A stretch of DNA of 64,000 bases from Polyangiaceae bacterium (lineage in GTDB: Bacteria; Myxococcota_A; Polyangia; Polyangiales; Polyangiaceae), in the NCBI GenBank assembly GCA_044376115.1, contig JBILLK010000005.1, positions 224,001 to 288,000 on the forward strand, written 5' to 3'. Below, piece by piece: positions 36,950 to 45,686 of this stretch (position 1 is its first letter; the number at the start of each line of letters is the position of its first letter). Made by a program: the position numbers and the translations under genes. Below the pieces are notes generated by a model. The model was not told the DNA's origin, ran no database searches, and saw only the letters and a list, made by a program, of their open reading frames with translations.

Positions 36950-37926
36950 GCAGGCGAGGTTGGCTCTCCGCATGGACGGCTTTCACCTCCGAAACCGAAG
37001 CGCCCATAGCTCTGGCCTGGTTTCGGGTTGCGCTCGCGACGGTGATGCTGGGGACGATTGTCGACGCCATGTACAGTGGCGTGCTTTCGGCCATGTGGAT
37101 AGACCGTGCAAACGGCGGAGCCCTATCGCTCAATCCTTCTGGGCTGGTGGCTTGGCTCGGTGGCGCGACCCCTGCCGTCGTATGGTCTTTAGCCGCAGCG
37201 TCCTTGGTTGCAACGTCGCTGGTATTGCTGGGCGTGGGCGGAAGAATTCCTGCGTTGGTAGCCGGGCAAACGTACTTTGCGTTGACCCGAATCCAGGGGG
37301 AGACGATCGGTGGGTACGACGGGCTAATGGTCAATGCGATGTTCCTACTGTTTCTCAGCGGTGCCCATACCGACCTTTCCTTGTCCCGGTGGCTCGTTCG
37401 TAGACGCGAGGGCAAGCTAGCCCCACCCGAGCCTATTCTGGCTTGGCCTCGCTACATGCTCATTTTTCAGCTGCTCGTGATGTACGGCTTTACCGGGATT
37501 CAGAAGGTGAGCCCGGTGTGGACCCCATTGGGCGGTTATTCAGCCCTTTACTGGGTATACCAAGATCCGACGTGGCGACGGTTCAATATGGATTGGACTG
37601 CCGGTTATCCCACCGTCCTATCCGTAATGACGGCTGTGACGTGGCACTGGGAGGTGATGGCCCCCGGGCTACTATTGTTTTATTGGGCACGCAGGAGGAG
37701 AGATTCTGGCGGCCGCTTCGTGCGGCTGCTGTTGCGCTGGGATCTGCGCAAACCCTTTGTCCTCGTTGGCGTAGGCCTGCACCTTGGGATCCTGCTGACG
37801 TTGGAGGTCGGCCCGTTCTCGCTGGTTTCGCTTGCTTACTATCTGGCGTTGTTCAGTCCAGACGATCGCGAGGCACTTCGAGTTTGGTGGCGGGCGCGTG
37901 GTGCGACTCCGGCTGTCGGAGTATGA
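36946..37926 (+). CDS. HTTM-domain (SdpB/vitamin K-dependent carboxylase-like) membrane protein
   Basis: LAWFRVALA, GGYD, WPRYMLIFQLLVMYGFTGIQK, W..G.AL, LHLGI...VGPFS. Confidence 0.85.
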   Translation: MSRRGWLSAWTAFTSETEAPIALAWFRVALATVMLGTIVDAMYSGVLSAMWIDRANGGALSLNPSGLVAWLGGATPAVVWSLAAASLVATSLVLLGVGGRIPALVAGQTYFALTRIQGETIGGYDGLMVNAMFLLFLSGAHTDLSLSRWLVRRREGKLAPPEPILAWPRYMLIFQLLVMYGFTGIQKVSPVWTPLGGYSALYWVYQDPTWRRFNMDWTAGYPTVLSVMTAVTWHWEVMAPGLLLFYWARRRRDSGGRFVRLLLRWDLRKPFVLVGVGLHLGILLTLEVGPFSLVSLAYYLALFSPDDREALRVWWRARGATPAVGV

Positions 37927-37968
37927 TGCGCGGCGAATGGGGACCTTGTCCAAACGGGTAGAGAGGTC

Positions 37969-39285
37969 ATGAGCTCGGGCGCGGCGTTTGCCGCGACGGG
38001 GCAGTGGCGTTCAACGGATGAGCTCGTGCTTGTGCGGCTCACGGAGCAGAGAGCGCTTCAAGCGCTCTGGGAGTTCCAGGCTGCTCCAGGACAACCGTTG
38101 CTGGTTGGAAAGGGCGTTCGTGGAGCTCGTCTGGTCCGTGAACTGAGCCAAGCGTTGGGCGCTGAGGCGGCGGTCCAGCGGGCCCTGCAAGGCTTCGCGC
38201 GGGATTTGAGCGCGCTTCTCGCGGGGCCCTTCTCGGGTTGGCCGGCCACGTTGCGGCATGCTGCTGCCGTGTTTGCTGGAAAGGTCGCCGATAGTTGGGA
38301 GCTGCGTTTGCGTCGATCGGCGGCTGCCGATGCCACCCCTGACGAGAAGGGCGCCCTCGAAAGCCATTGGGAGCGATGGCTCGAGCACAGACTCCGGGAG
38401 CAGAGCCTTTGGCTTTCCCTGGCTAAAGAGCACGATTTCTTTACGGAGATTGCCAAGCGACTGGGACTACCCAAAGCCGAGCTGAACCTTGCCTCGCGGA
38501 TCCACGCCCCGATGGTTGCACTCACGTTGAAAGCAGCGGCTGAGCAGGCTCAGCAAGGCTACTTTGGTACGGTTTGCTTCGGTGCCCTCGCCCGGCTTGA
38601 TGACGCTGTTCGCCGCCAACAACTTCCGTCCGAAGTCGTTCAGGCGTTCTGTGAGCAGCTCGACCAACGGGTCTATCGCGTTGTCGATCATGCGCTCGAG
38701 AGTCTCCGTGACGCCTTTACCGAAGCACGGGCTGTGGACGCTGGAGTAGGCGCAGCCGAAGAACTGAGCGCAAAGCTGAAGTCGCTTTGGCTTTGGACTG
38801 GGCACTCGATCCACGTGGAAGTGTTTGCGCTCGAGCAGCTCTCGCCCGTTGCCTGGCACCTCTCTCGTGCGCGGGACATGCCACGGATGCGCCGTATTCT
38901 TGCGCCCAGTATCGAGCTGCTATTCAGCATGGAGGCGCGCATCCTGCGAGAGCCGGTCGAGCTCATGGCGCGCGCTGCTGGCTGCGCCGAAATGTTGTTG
39001 TTTTGGGCTGGCGTCGAGCAGCCTCCGGGTGAGTACAGTGCGTTGGTTGAACGGGCGTTGCGCGTCTGTCCTGGTCATCGCAACGCGCGGCAAGCGATGG
39101 CGCAGATTCTCTGTGAACGAGCCAAGACGCGGCTCAACTTTGCCAACGCCGCCAACCATCGCAACTGTATTCAGGAAGCCGCCAAGCTGCTCGAGGATGC
39201 GCGCGGTCTCTTTCCGGCCTGCCGCAATGTTGAGGAAACGACGCTCAAGGTGGCTGAGGCCAAGCGTCAATGGGGGATCCCGTGA
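37969..39285 (+). CDS. Hypothetical alpha-helical protein with C-terminal TPR-like repeats
   Basis: GAGAGG RBS; ERALRVCPGHRNARQAMA and LEDARGLFP TPR-like helices; GTGA overlap with next gene. Confidence 0.75.
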   Translation: MSSGAAFAATGQWRSTDELVLVRLTEQRALQALWEFQAAPGQPLLVGKGVRGARLVRELSQALGAEAAVQRALQGFARDLSALLAGPFSGWPATLRHAAAVFAGKVADSWELRLRRSAAADATPDEKGALESHWERWLEHRLREQSLWLSLAKEHDFFTEIAKRLGLPKAELNLASRIHAPMVALTLKAAAEQAQQGYFGTVCFGALARLDDAVRRQQLPSEVVQAFCEQLDQRVYRVVDHALESLRDAFTEARAVDAGVGAAEELSAKLKSLWLWTGHSIHVEVFALEQLSPVAWHLSRARDMPRMRRILAPSIELLFSMEARILREPVELMARAAGCAEMLLFWAGVEQPPGEYSALVERALRVCPGHRNARQAMAQILCERAKTRLNFANAANHRNCIQEAAKLLEDARGLFPACRNVEETTLKVAEAKRQWGIP

Positions 39286-39704
39286 GCGAACCGCTGAAGA
39301 GCGCCGACCCTTTCGAGGAGTTCGGCATCTCGCCGTTGGCGACGCCCGAGGAAATTACGGCACGGCTGCAGGAGCTTTTTGCGGACGCCGATGAGAGTGA
39401 GCAAGCTCGGTTGCGCACGGCCTTTGATCGGTTGACGCGCTCTCCGCATGAGCGGCTCGAGCTCGTGCTCGGGTCCTTTCTCGAGGAGCCGGAGGTCCCG
39501 CTGCCAAGCTCAGCGACGCGTGCGTTGCCCCGTGCCGTTCCCTCTCGCTTGAAGGAGTCGCTTGCTGGTGGCGTGCTCGAGACGTACTGGGCGCAGCTGA
39601 AAAGGACCGCGCCCGAGTCCGCGGAGAAGCTGCGCGGTTTGCAAAGCTCTGGTCACATTCCGCTTGAACAAGACCCGCTGCTCGGGCCCTCGGAGAAGTC
39701 ATGA
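39282..39704 (+). CDS. Degenerate J-domain-like protein (no HPD motif)
   Basis: DPFEEFGISPLATPEEI...RLRTAFDRLT resembles J-domain helices I, II and IV; coupled to both neighbours. Confidence 0.6.
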   Translation: MSEPLKSADPFEEFGISPLATPEEITARLQELFADADESEQARLRTAFDRLTRSPHERLELVLGSFLEEPEVPLPSSATRALPRAVPSRLKESLAGGVLETYWAQLKRTAPESAEKLRGLQSSGHIPLEQDPLLGPSEKS

Positions 39705-42283
39705 TCTTGCTTGATCGCGCGGTTGGCATCGATCTCGGCACAACCCACTCAGAGATTGCGCTGCTCGCGCCATCGGAGCGTGAGGTCGTGCTCTACCAAG
39801 ACCGCTTTGGCCGCAGCACCATCCCATCGGCTGTTGGGTGGGACGCGAGCAAGGGAGAGTTTACGGTGGGGCGCGCGGCCAAGGCGGCACGCGCGGTCGA
39901 GAATGCGGCTGTGCTCTCGGTCAAGCGCAGCATGGGCCAAACCACCAAGTTCCAGCTCGGTCCCCACCAACTTTCAGCCGAAGAGATCTCCTCTAAGATC
40001 CTGGCCGAGCTCGTGCGTTCGATGCGCGACTTCCTAAAGGAGAAGGCCGCCGACGGCTTTGGTTTCGAGATCAATCGCGCGGTGATCACCGTGCCGGCCT
40101 ACTTCGACGCTCTACAAACGGAGGCCACACGCCGCGCGGGAGAAGCGATCGGGCTCAAGGTGCTTGGTATTCTGCAGGAGCCAACGGCTGCTGCGATTTA
40201 TCACACGTTCCACTCCCGCCTGCCTTCCGGGAATTTTCTCGTTTACGACCTCGGCGGTGGCACCTTCGATGTGTCGGTGCTCAAGTGCGTCGCTGGCGAG
40301 TATCAAGTGCTCGCGATCGATGGTGACAACTTCTTGGGCGGGGATGACTTCGATCGCCGCTTGGCCGAGCTGCTGCGCAAGAAGCTCAGCGAGCGCGGCT
40401 ACAAGCTGGACCTCGATCTGCGCAATAGCACTGCAGATCGGCTTCGTTTCGAAGCCTTGCGGGCCTTGGCCGAGGAGACCAAGCACAGCCTCTCGACCAA
40501 TGAGGTGGTGTCGCTCTCTCGGCAAAACGTGTTTGTCGACCAGAATGGCGAGGACGTCTCGATTGAACTCGAGCTTGGGCGAGCGGAGTATGCCGAGCTG
40601 ATCCGCGACCTCTCGTTGCGCACGATCGAATGTGCAGAACGAGCCCTCGCCGAGAGCTCGGCGAAAGCGGGGGTCGGCCTCGCGGAGATCGATCGGGTGG
40701 TGCTTGTCGGCGGCTCCACGCGAGTTCCGGCGATCTCCGAGTTGGTGCAAGAGCGGCTGGCGGCGCATTGTCGCTCGCCGGAGATCCTGCGCGAGAGCGT
40801 GGACACCGTGGTGGCCCTGGGAGCGGCCGTTCATGCGGCTGAATTGGGTGGCCTCATCATCCGCAATGACGCTGGATCAGCCGCACATTTCAGTAGCCGG
40901 TTTGTCACGGACGCCGCCAAGCTGCGGCTCGCGCTTGCAGCGCTGGAGCCGGAACAGGCGGTGGCTTTCGAGATTCATCGCGACGGCAAGGTGCTCGCGG
41001 AGAGCGTGCTTTCGGACAAGCGCACCGCGCGCGTCGATGTCGAGCTTCCGGAAGATGGAGAGTACCGTCTCTCGCTTTTGCCACGCGATGCGGAGGGCGT
41101 TCTCTTTCCGGAGGTCCCCTTCGTGATCTACCGCGGCACCGCGCGACCGCGCCCCACAGCGTTGAGTCGCCCCAGCGTGACGTCGAAGGACCTTTCGGTC
41201 GAGGTCCTGCGCTCAGGTCGCCGTGACCGCAAGGTCCTTATCGAGCGTGGAACCGGTCTTCCGACCGAGACGACGCAAGAATTTTCCACGGCGGATCAAA
41301 GCGGTGCGGTGGTGTTGCGGATTCTGGAGGGCCGGGTACCGATCAAGACGTTGGCCTTGCCAGTGCCCCGCGATACCCCGATTGGAACGCGCGTCGAGCT
41401 CGTGTTGCGCTGCGATGGGTCGATGCGGGTCGAGGCCCAAGCAACCGTCCTCGGTCAGAAGCTCTGGGCGAGTGTGGAGCCCGTCGAGAACCCGGCGCTG
41501 AACGACCAAGAGATCGAGCAACTGCTCGCCGATGCCGAGCAGTTGAGCCGTGGTTCCTGGGGAAATACGGGTGAAGCGATTCGACGGGAGGTGGAGCACC
41601 TTTCCTCGAGCGTGCGCGAGACCATCGGCACCGATCCAGCGAAACTCAGCGCGCATGCGACGCGTCTTCGTCGCTTGGTGGCGGATATGAGCGAAAACAC
41701 AGCAGAGGGCTTGGGGCCATCGCTGGCGGCGTTTGATGCTGAGCTGCACGCGCTCAAGCGTCTGGTCTATCGAACGAATGGGACCTTGGTCGGTATGGAC
41801 CGCGACGCGTGGGACAAGCGCCTCGCCGCGCTGGAGAGTCGCGCTGAGCGCGCCCGGGTCGAGGTCGACGCCGTGGCGTTTCGGCGTGTTTACAACGAGG
41901 TGCAAGCCCTGCTGGAGACGGCGCAGCAAGAAGAGTTCGCTGCTCGTCGGCTCGACGATCCAGCGGCTCTGATGAGCCGAGCTTCAGGGGTGGAGCGTTG
42001 GATCCACCGTATCGATCGCTTACTCAACGAGCTGGAACTTTCGCGGACGCCAGAGTTATTGGAGCTCCAGCGCAATGAGCGAAACAGGCTGTTAGGCCTG
42101 TTGTCTGAGTGTCGAGTGGAGCCAATCAAGGACTTGCTCGCGCAGGATGCGCCCAACCATCACGCAATTCGACGTCAACTCGAGGCGCTCGAGTTTGAAC
42201 TCGAACGGCTTGATGAGGCAGCTCTGCGCGTGCCTTCGCTGGGCCTCGTCTCTGACCGTGGGCCGCAGCGCGGTGGCTCGTGA
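39701..42283 (+). CDS. Atypical Hsp70-family protein (860 aa)
   Basis: GIDLGTTHS, SVKRSMG, VITVPAYF, QEPTAAA, YDLGGGTFDVS, GDNFLGGDDFD, LVGGSTRVP; SBD-like LIERGTGLPTETTQEFSTADQ; long helical C-terminus. Confidence 0.92.
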   Translation: MILLDRAVGIDLGTTHSEIALLAPSEREVVLYQDRFGRSTIPSAVGWDASKGEFTVGRAAKAARAVENAAVLSVKRSMGQTTKFQLGPHQLSAEEISSKILAELVRSMRDFLKEKAADGFGFEINRAVITVPAYFDALQTEATRRAGEAIGLKVLGILQEPTAAAIYHTFHSRLPSGNFLVYDLGGGTFDVSVLKCVAGEYQVLAIDGDNFLGGDDFDRRLAELLRKKLSERGYKLDLDLRNSTADRLRFEALRALAEETKHSLSTNEVVSLSRQNVFVDQNGEDVSIELELGRAEYAELIRDLSLRTIECAERALAESSAKAGVGLAEIDRVVLVGGSTRVPAISELVQERLAAHCRSPEILRESVDTVVALGAAVHAAELGGLIIRNDAGSAAHFSSRFVTDAAKLRLALAALEPEQAVAFEIHRDGKVLAESVLSDKRTARVDVELPEDGEYRLSLLPRDAEGVLFPEVPFVIYRGTARPRPTALSRPSVTSKDLSVEVLRSGRRDRKVLIERGTGLPTETTQEFSTADQSGAVVLRILEGRVPIKTLALPVPRDTPIGTRVELVLRCDGSMRVEAQATVLGQKLWASVEPVENPALNDQEIEQLLADAEQLSRGSWGNTGEAIRREVEHLSSSVRETIGTDPAKLSAHATRLRRLVADMSENTAEGLGPSLAAFDAELHALKRLVYRTNGTLVGMDRDAWDKRLAALESRAERARVEVDAVAFRRVYNEVQALLETAQQEEFAARRLDDPAALMSRASGVERWIHRIDRLLNELELSRTPELLELQRNERNRLLGLLSECRVEPIKDLLAQDAPNHHAIRRQLEALEFELERLDEAALRVPSLGLVSDRGPQRGGS

Positions 42284-43605
42284 CCTTTTTGGACGATCTG
42301 GGGCTTCGTGCTGCCGCTGGGCTCGAGACTTCGGTTGGGCCCTTCATCGCATTGGCCGCCTACCGCCGACTGTTCGCGGGTGAGGGAGCAACGCGCGAGG
42401 CGGCGATCCTTGGCGCTCTGCGTTGTGCGATCAGTCTCGCGGATGATGAGGCGATCAAAGCCTGCGCTGAGGCTTGGCGCAGTCAACCTGCGTCGCCGAT
42501 CAATGTTTTGGGAGAGGCTGGTGCGCTGCTCCGTGCGGGTCGCGGCCATGCGGCGCACTGGCTCGCGAGCGCAGAGGTGGCTCGTTCACGTTCCGCGCAC
42601 GCGGCCTACATCGACGCGCGTAGTCGTGAGGCGTTTTCGTTGGGGTCGGACGTCCCCGACTCCTTCGACGTGATTGATTTGTGGTGGTCTGTGGTGTTGC
42701 AAGGGCGAGCAAGTTCGGATGAACGAGTAGCCGCCTTTGCCGCGGCGCGCTTCGCAGGCTTGGCGTTCGCTCGAGCCGCGCGGGAGCCGAGCTATCAACT
42801 ACCGCGCGCGCGTTTGGCCTTGGCTTGCGAGAATGCTCGCGATGAGCTGCTCGAAACGCGTGAGGCGCGGCTCGCTCTGTTGCGGGGGAAGCTGTTGGCC
42901 GCAGGCCGGTTTTCGAGAGCTTCTGCCCTTAGTTCGTTGGAGAGTCTTGCTCGGTTACGCGGCAGCTCGATAGCGAAGCGAGCCGTGGTCATCGCGCTGG
43001 GGCACTTGGACAATCTCCCCGGTCGGATTTCGCCGGTTGAGCACGATCGTATCGTGGCTTGCGTGAAGCAGATCGAAGATGTCGAGTTGCGCGATCGGAT
43101 GGTCGCCCGTACGAAGGCGGTCGAGGCTGACAGCGGCCTCCCCGGCTCACTATCCGGCAGCCAGCTGTTCGAACTAGGGCGGCGCGCGGAAGGCTGCGGC
43201 GACGACCTAGCGCTCGCGAGGTCGCTGCTTGCGCAGGGAGTCGAGTTGCTCTCCCCGCAGGTGCCCGTCCCCGTGGCGCTTTCTACGCTGGCGGTGCTCA
43301 CCTTGCACAAGCTAAGCGGTTCAGCGGCTGAACCTGCTGTTGCGTTCCTAGACGGCTTGCTTTGTCGGACGACCGCCTTGCCGGCATTTGAGCTGAGCGC
43401 GATAGGGCTTCGCCTGCTCGAGCTTGGTAGGGCCGCGGTGGCCGATCGCTACCTCGAGGAGGCGGTCCGCTTCCGCGAGGAGCAGGCTTTGCTATTGCGA
43501 GGCCAGGCCTTGCGGGAGCGAGGGTACGATGCGCTTCGTGCGGGCCATCAGGAGGATGGCTGGCGTCTGCTTTCGGAGGCGCGCGTCCTGTTGCGCGGGA
43601 GCTGA
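42280..43605 (+). CDS. Hypothetical Ala/Leu/Arg-rich alpha-solenoid (TPR-like) protein
   Basis: GTGA overlap with Hsp70 stop; helical repeats such as LLELGRAAVADRYLEEA. Confidence 0.7.
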   Translation: MTFLDDLGLRAAAGLETSVGPFIALAAYRRLFAGEGATREAAILGALRCAISLADDEAIKACAEAWRSQPASPINVLGEAGALLRAGRGHAAHWLASAEVARSRSAHAAYIDARSREAFSLGSDVPDSFDVIDLWWSVVLQGRASSDERVAAFAAARFAGLAFARAAREPSYQLPRARLALACENARDELLETREARLALLRGKLLAAGRFSRASALSSLESLARLRGSSIAKRAVVIALGHLDNLPGRISPVEHDRIVACVKQIEDVELRDRMVARTKAVEADSGLPGSLSGSQLFELGRRAEGCGDDLALARSLLAQGVELLSPQVPVPVALSTLAVLTLHKLSGSAAEPAVAFLDGLLCRTTALPAFELSAIGLRLLELGRAAVADRYLEEAVRFREEQALLLRGQALRERGYDALRAGHQEDGWRLLSEARVLLRGS

Positions 43606-43626
43606 CCAGGCTATGCTGGGCGCGAA

Positions 43627-44445
43627 ATGGCTGTAGCCCGCGACAACGTGACCTTTGCGATCATCTCCAACGCCCCGGCAGCGTCTGCTCTTTTGGAGGT
43701 GGTCTGTGACGAGATCAAAAAGAGAACCAAGCTCGAACTCAGCCCTTTGGTGCTGCGGTCGTACGAGAAGCTTCTCAGCGGAATGCAGGAAGGGGATGTG
43801 GATGTCGCGTGGGCGCCTCCCTTGGTTGCCATCGATCTGGAGCGAGCCAAAGTTGGGTCGATTGCCCTTTCGGCTCGGCGGCTTGGGAAGACCGACTACT
43901 CGTCGGCCATCTTTACTCGCAGCGACTCGAAGCTCGCGACGCTCAAAGACCTAGCCGGTAAGAAGGCCGCGTGGGTCGCGAGAGAGAGTTCTGCCGGGTA
44001 CGTCGTTCCGCGGCTCAAGCTGCTTGCTGCAGGTGTGAATCCGGAGACCGATCTCAACGAGCAGTCCTTCCGACGCACACACGAAGCCGTTGTGAAGGTC
44101 GTGCTCAGTGGAGAGGCCGATTTTGGCGCCACCTTCGCCCATTTTGAACCAGGTAAGACCGCGCCCACGTCGTCGGGCTGGCAAGACAGTGGCGTGGCAA
44201 ACTCCGAGATCCGAATCCTTGCAGTGGCAGGCCCGATCCCTTCGGATGTGATCGCCTACTCTTCGAAGCTTGCTTCCGACCGGGCAGAGAAGGTTACGGC
44301 TGCAATGCGTGAGATGGGCGAGCCGATTCGGCAGTTGCTCAACGCAGAGGGGTTTGATCTGCCAGACGGTGTTCACTTCGAGCAGTTGCGCCAGTTGGTC
44401 GAGCATGCCGCGGCGGCCGCAAAGGCCGACGGAGCATCCGCGTAG
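43627..44445 (+). CDS. PhnD/SsuA-type substrate-binding protein lacking a signal peptide
   Basis: SYEKLL...VDVAWAPP, YSSAIFTR, LKDLAGK, SSAGYVVP, HEAVV, GPIPSD. Confidence 0.85.
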   Translation: MAVARDNVTFAIISNAPAASALLEVVCDEIKKRTKLELSPLVLRSYEKLLSGMQEGDVDVAWAPPLVAIDLERAKVGSIALSARRLGKTDYSSAIFTRSDSKLATLKDLAGKKAAWVARESSAGYVVPRLKLLAAGVNPETDLNEQSFRRTHEAVVKVVLSGEADFGATFAHFEPGKTAPTSSGWQDSGVANSEIRILAVAGPIPSDVIAYSSKLASDRAEKVTAAMREMGEPIRQLLNAEGFDLPDGVHFEQLRQLVEHAAAAAKADGASA

Positions 44446-44495
44446 TGGCGCCTAGAGCCGTGGTCGCGCGAGCAGCCGAAGAACGTTGCGGGCCG

Positions 44496-45674
44496 ATGCT
44501 CGGGCGACGCGCGAGTGGTGCCGCGTTCCTCCTCGTTGCCTCGGTGTTGTCTGCGGCTGGGTGCGAGACCAAGCCAGCCCATCCGCAGCCGACCTCGACG
44601 GAAGCACCAGCTTCGTCGGCGATCGCGAGCGCAGCGGCTCCTACTGCTTCCGCTTTCGTGCCAACCCCTTCGGCCGTGGCGAGCACCAGCGTCAAGCTAC
44701 CGGACCCGCGCTGGGATGCGCCGCCGCGCGCCATCGACATGCACGTCGATACGCCCTGGCAGGTCCGCTACAAGGGCCGGGACATCGCTCTCAAGGAGGG
44801 CCAGGGGGCGATCTCGGCTGTCGTGAACGGCGGCTACGGTGGCATCGTTTACCCGATCTACATTTCGGACAAACTGCACGGCGGCCACCCGACGATTCGC
44901 GACGCCGACCTGATTCTGAAGACCGTCGACGCCATTTTGAAGCGACACGAAAAGGTGTTGTGGCCGGACACCAGTGGGCCGACGCCAGAGGGGAAGATTA
45001 CGGCTTTCATCGCGATCGAGGGCGCTGGCGCATTTGCCGAGGACGTTCCGCAGATTGACCGCTTCATCTCGCGGGGAACCGTTTTTATCGGCCCCGTTCA
45101 CTGGCGCGACAACAAGTTCGCCACGAGTGCCACCGACAAAGGCAAGGCGACCAAAGGGCTCTCCGAGCTGGGTAAGAGCTTCTGTGAGCGGGTCTACGAG
45201 AAGGGCGCCTTGGTCGACGTGTCTCATATGTCGGATAAGTCGTTCGCCGACACGGTCCCGATTGCGGCCAAGTTCGACGCGCCGATCGTGGCGACGCACT
45301 CGAATGCGAGAGAGAAGGCGAATCACCCTCGAAATTTGACCGACGAGCAGCTCAAGATCATCGCTTCGACTGGTGGTGTCGTGGGCTTGAACTTCTACGA
45401 TGACTACGTACGAATCGATGCTGAGGCTCATCTCGACGATCTCGTCCAGCATGCGTTGCATATGATCGAGGTCGCTGGCGTCGATCACGTGGGTATCGGC
45501 AGCGACTTCGACGGAGGCGATCCAGTGCCGGAGCTGGCCGATGCCGGGAGGGTTCAGGCGCTTGCGGCTGCGCTGCGCAAAGCGGGCCTGTCGAATGAGG
45601 ACGTTCACAAGATCTTCAGTGAGAACGTGCGCCGGGTGATCGGTTGGACGAAAGCGCGACGCAGCGCGAAGTAG
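44496..45674 (+). CDS. Membrane dipeptidase (peptidase M19), lipoprotein
   Basis: Lipobox AAGC; IDMHVD, AIEG, VDVSH, ATHSNAR, RNLTDEQL, HVGIGSDFDG; alternative start 44445. Confidence 0.9.
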   Translation: MLGRRASGAAFLLVASVLSAAGCETKPAHPQPTSTEAPASSAIASAAAPTASAFVPTPSAVASTSVKLPDPRWDAPPRAIDMHVDTPWQVRYKGRDIALKEGQGAISAVVNGGYGGIVYPIYISDKLHGGHPTIRDADLILKTVDAILKRHEKVLWPDTSGPTPEGKITAFIAIEGAGAFAEDVPQIDRFISRGTVFIGPVHWRDNKFATSATDKGKATKGLSELGKSFCERVYEKGALVDVSHMSDKSFADTVPIAAKFDAPIVATHSNAREKANHPRNLTDEQLKIIASTGGVVGLNFYDDYVRIDAEAHLDDLVQHALHMIEVAGVDHVGIGSDFDGGDPVPELADAGRVQALAAALRKAGLSNEDVHKIFSENVRRVIGWTKARRSAK

Positions 45675-45686
45675 CCTTCTCGTGTT

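Noticed and set aside
39701..42283. Calling the Hsp70 gene dnaK
   Set aside because: It lacks the DnaK linker and C-terminus, is ~220 aa longer, and has no grpE/dnaJ context.
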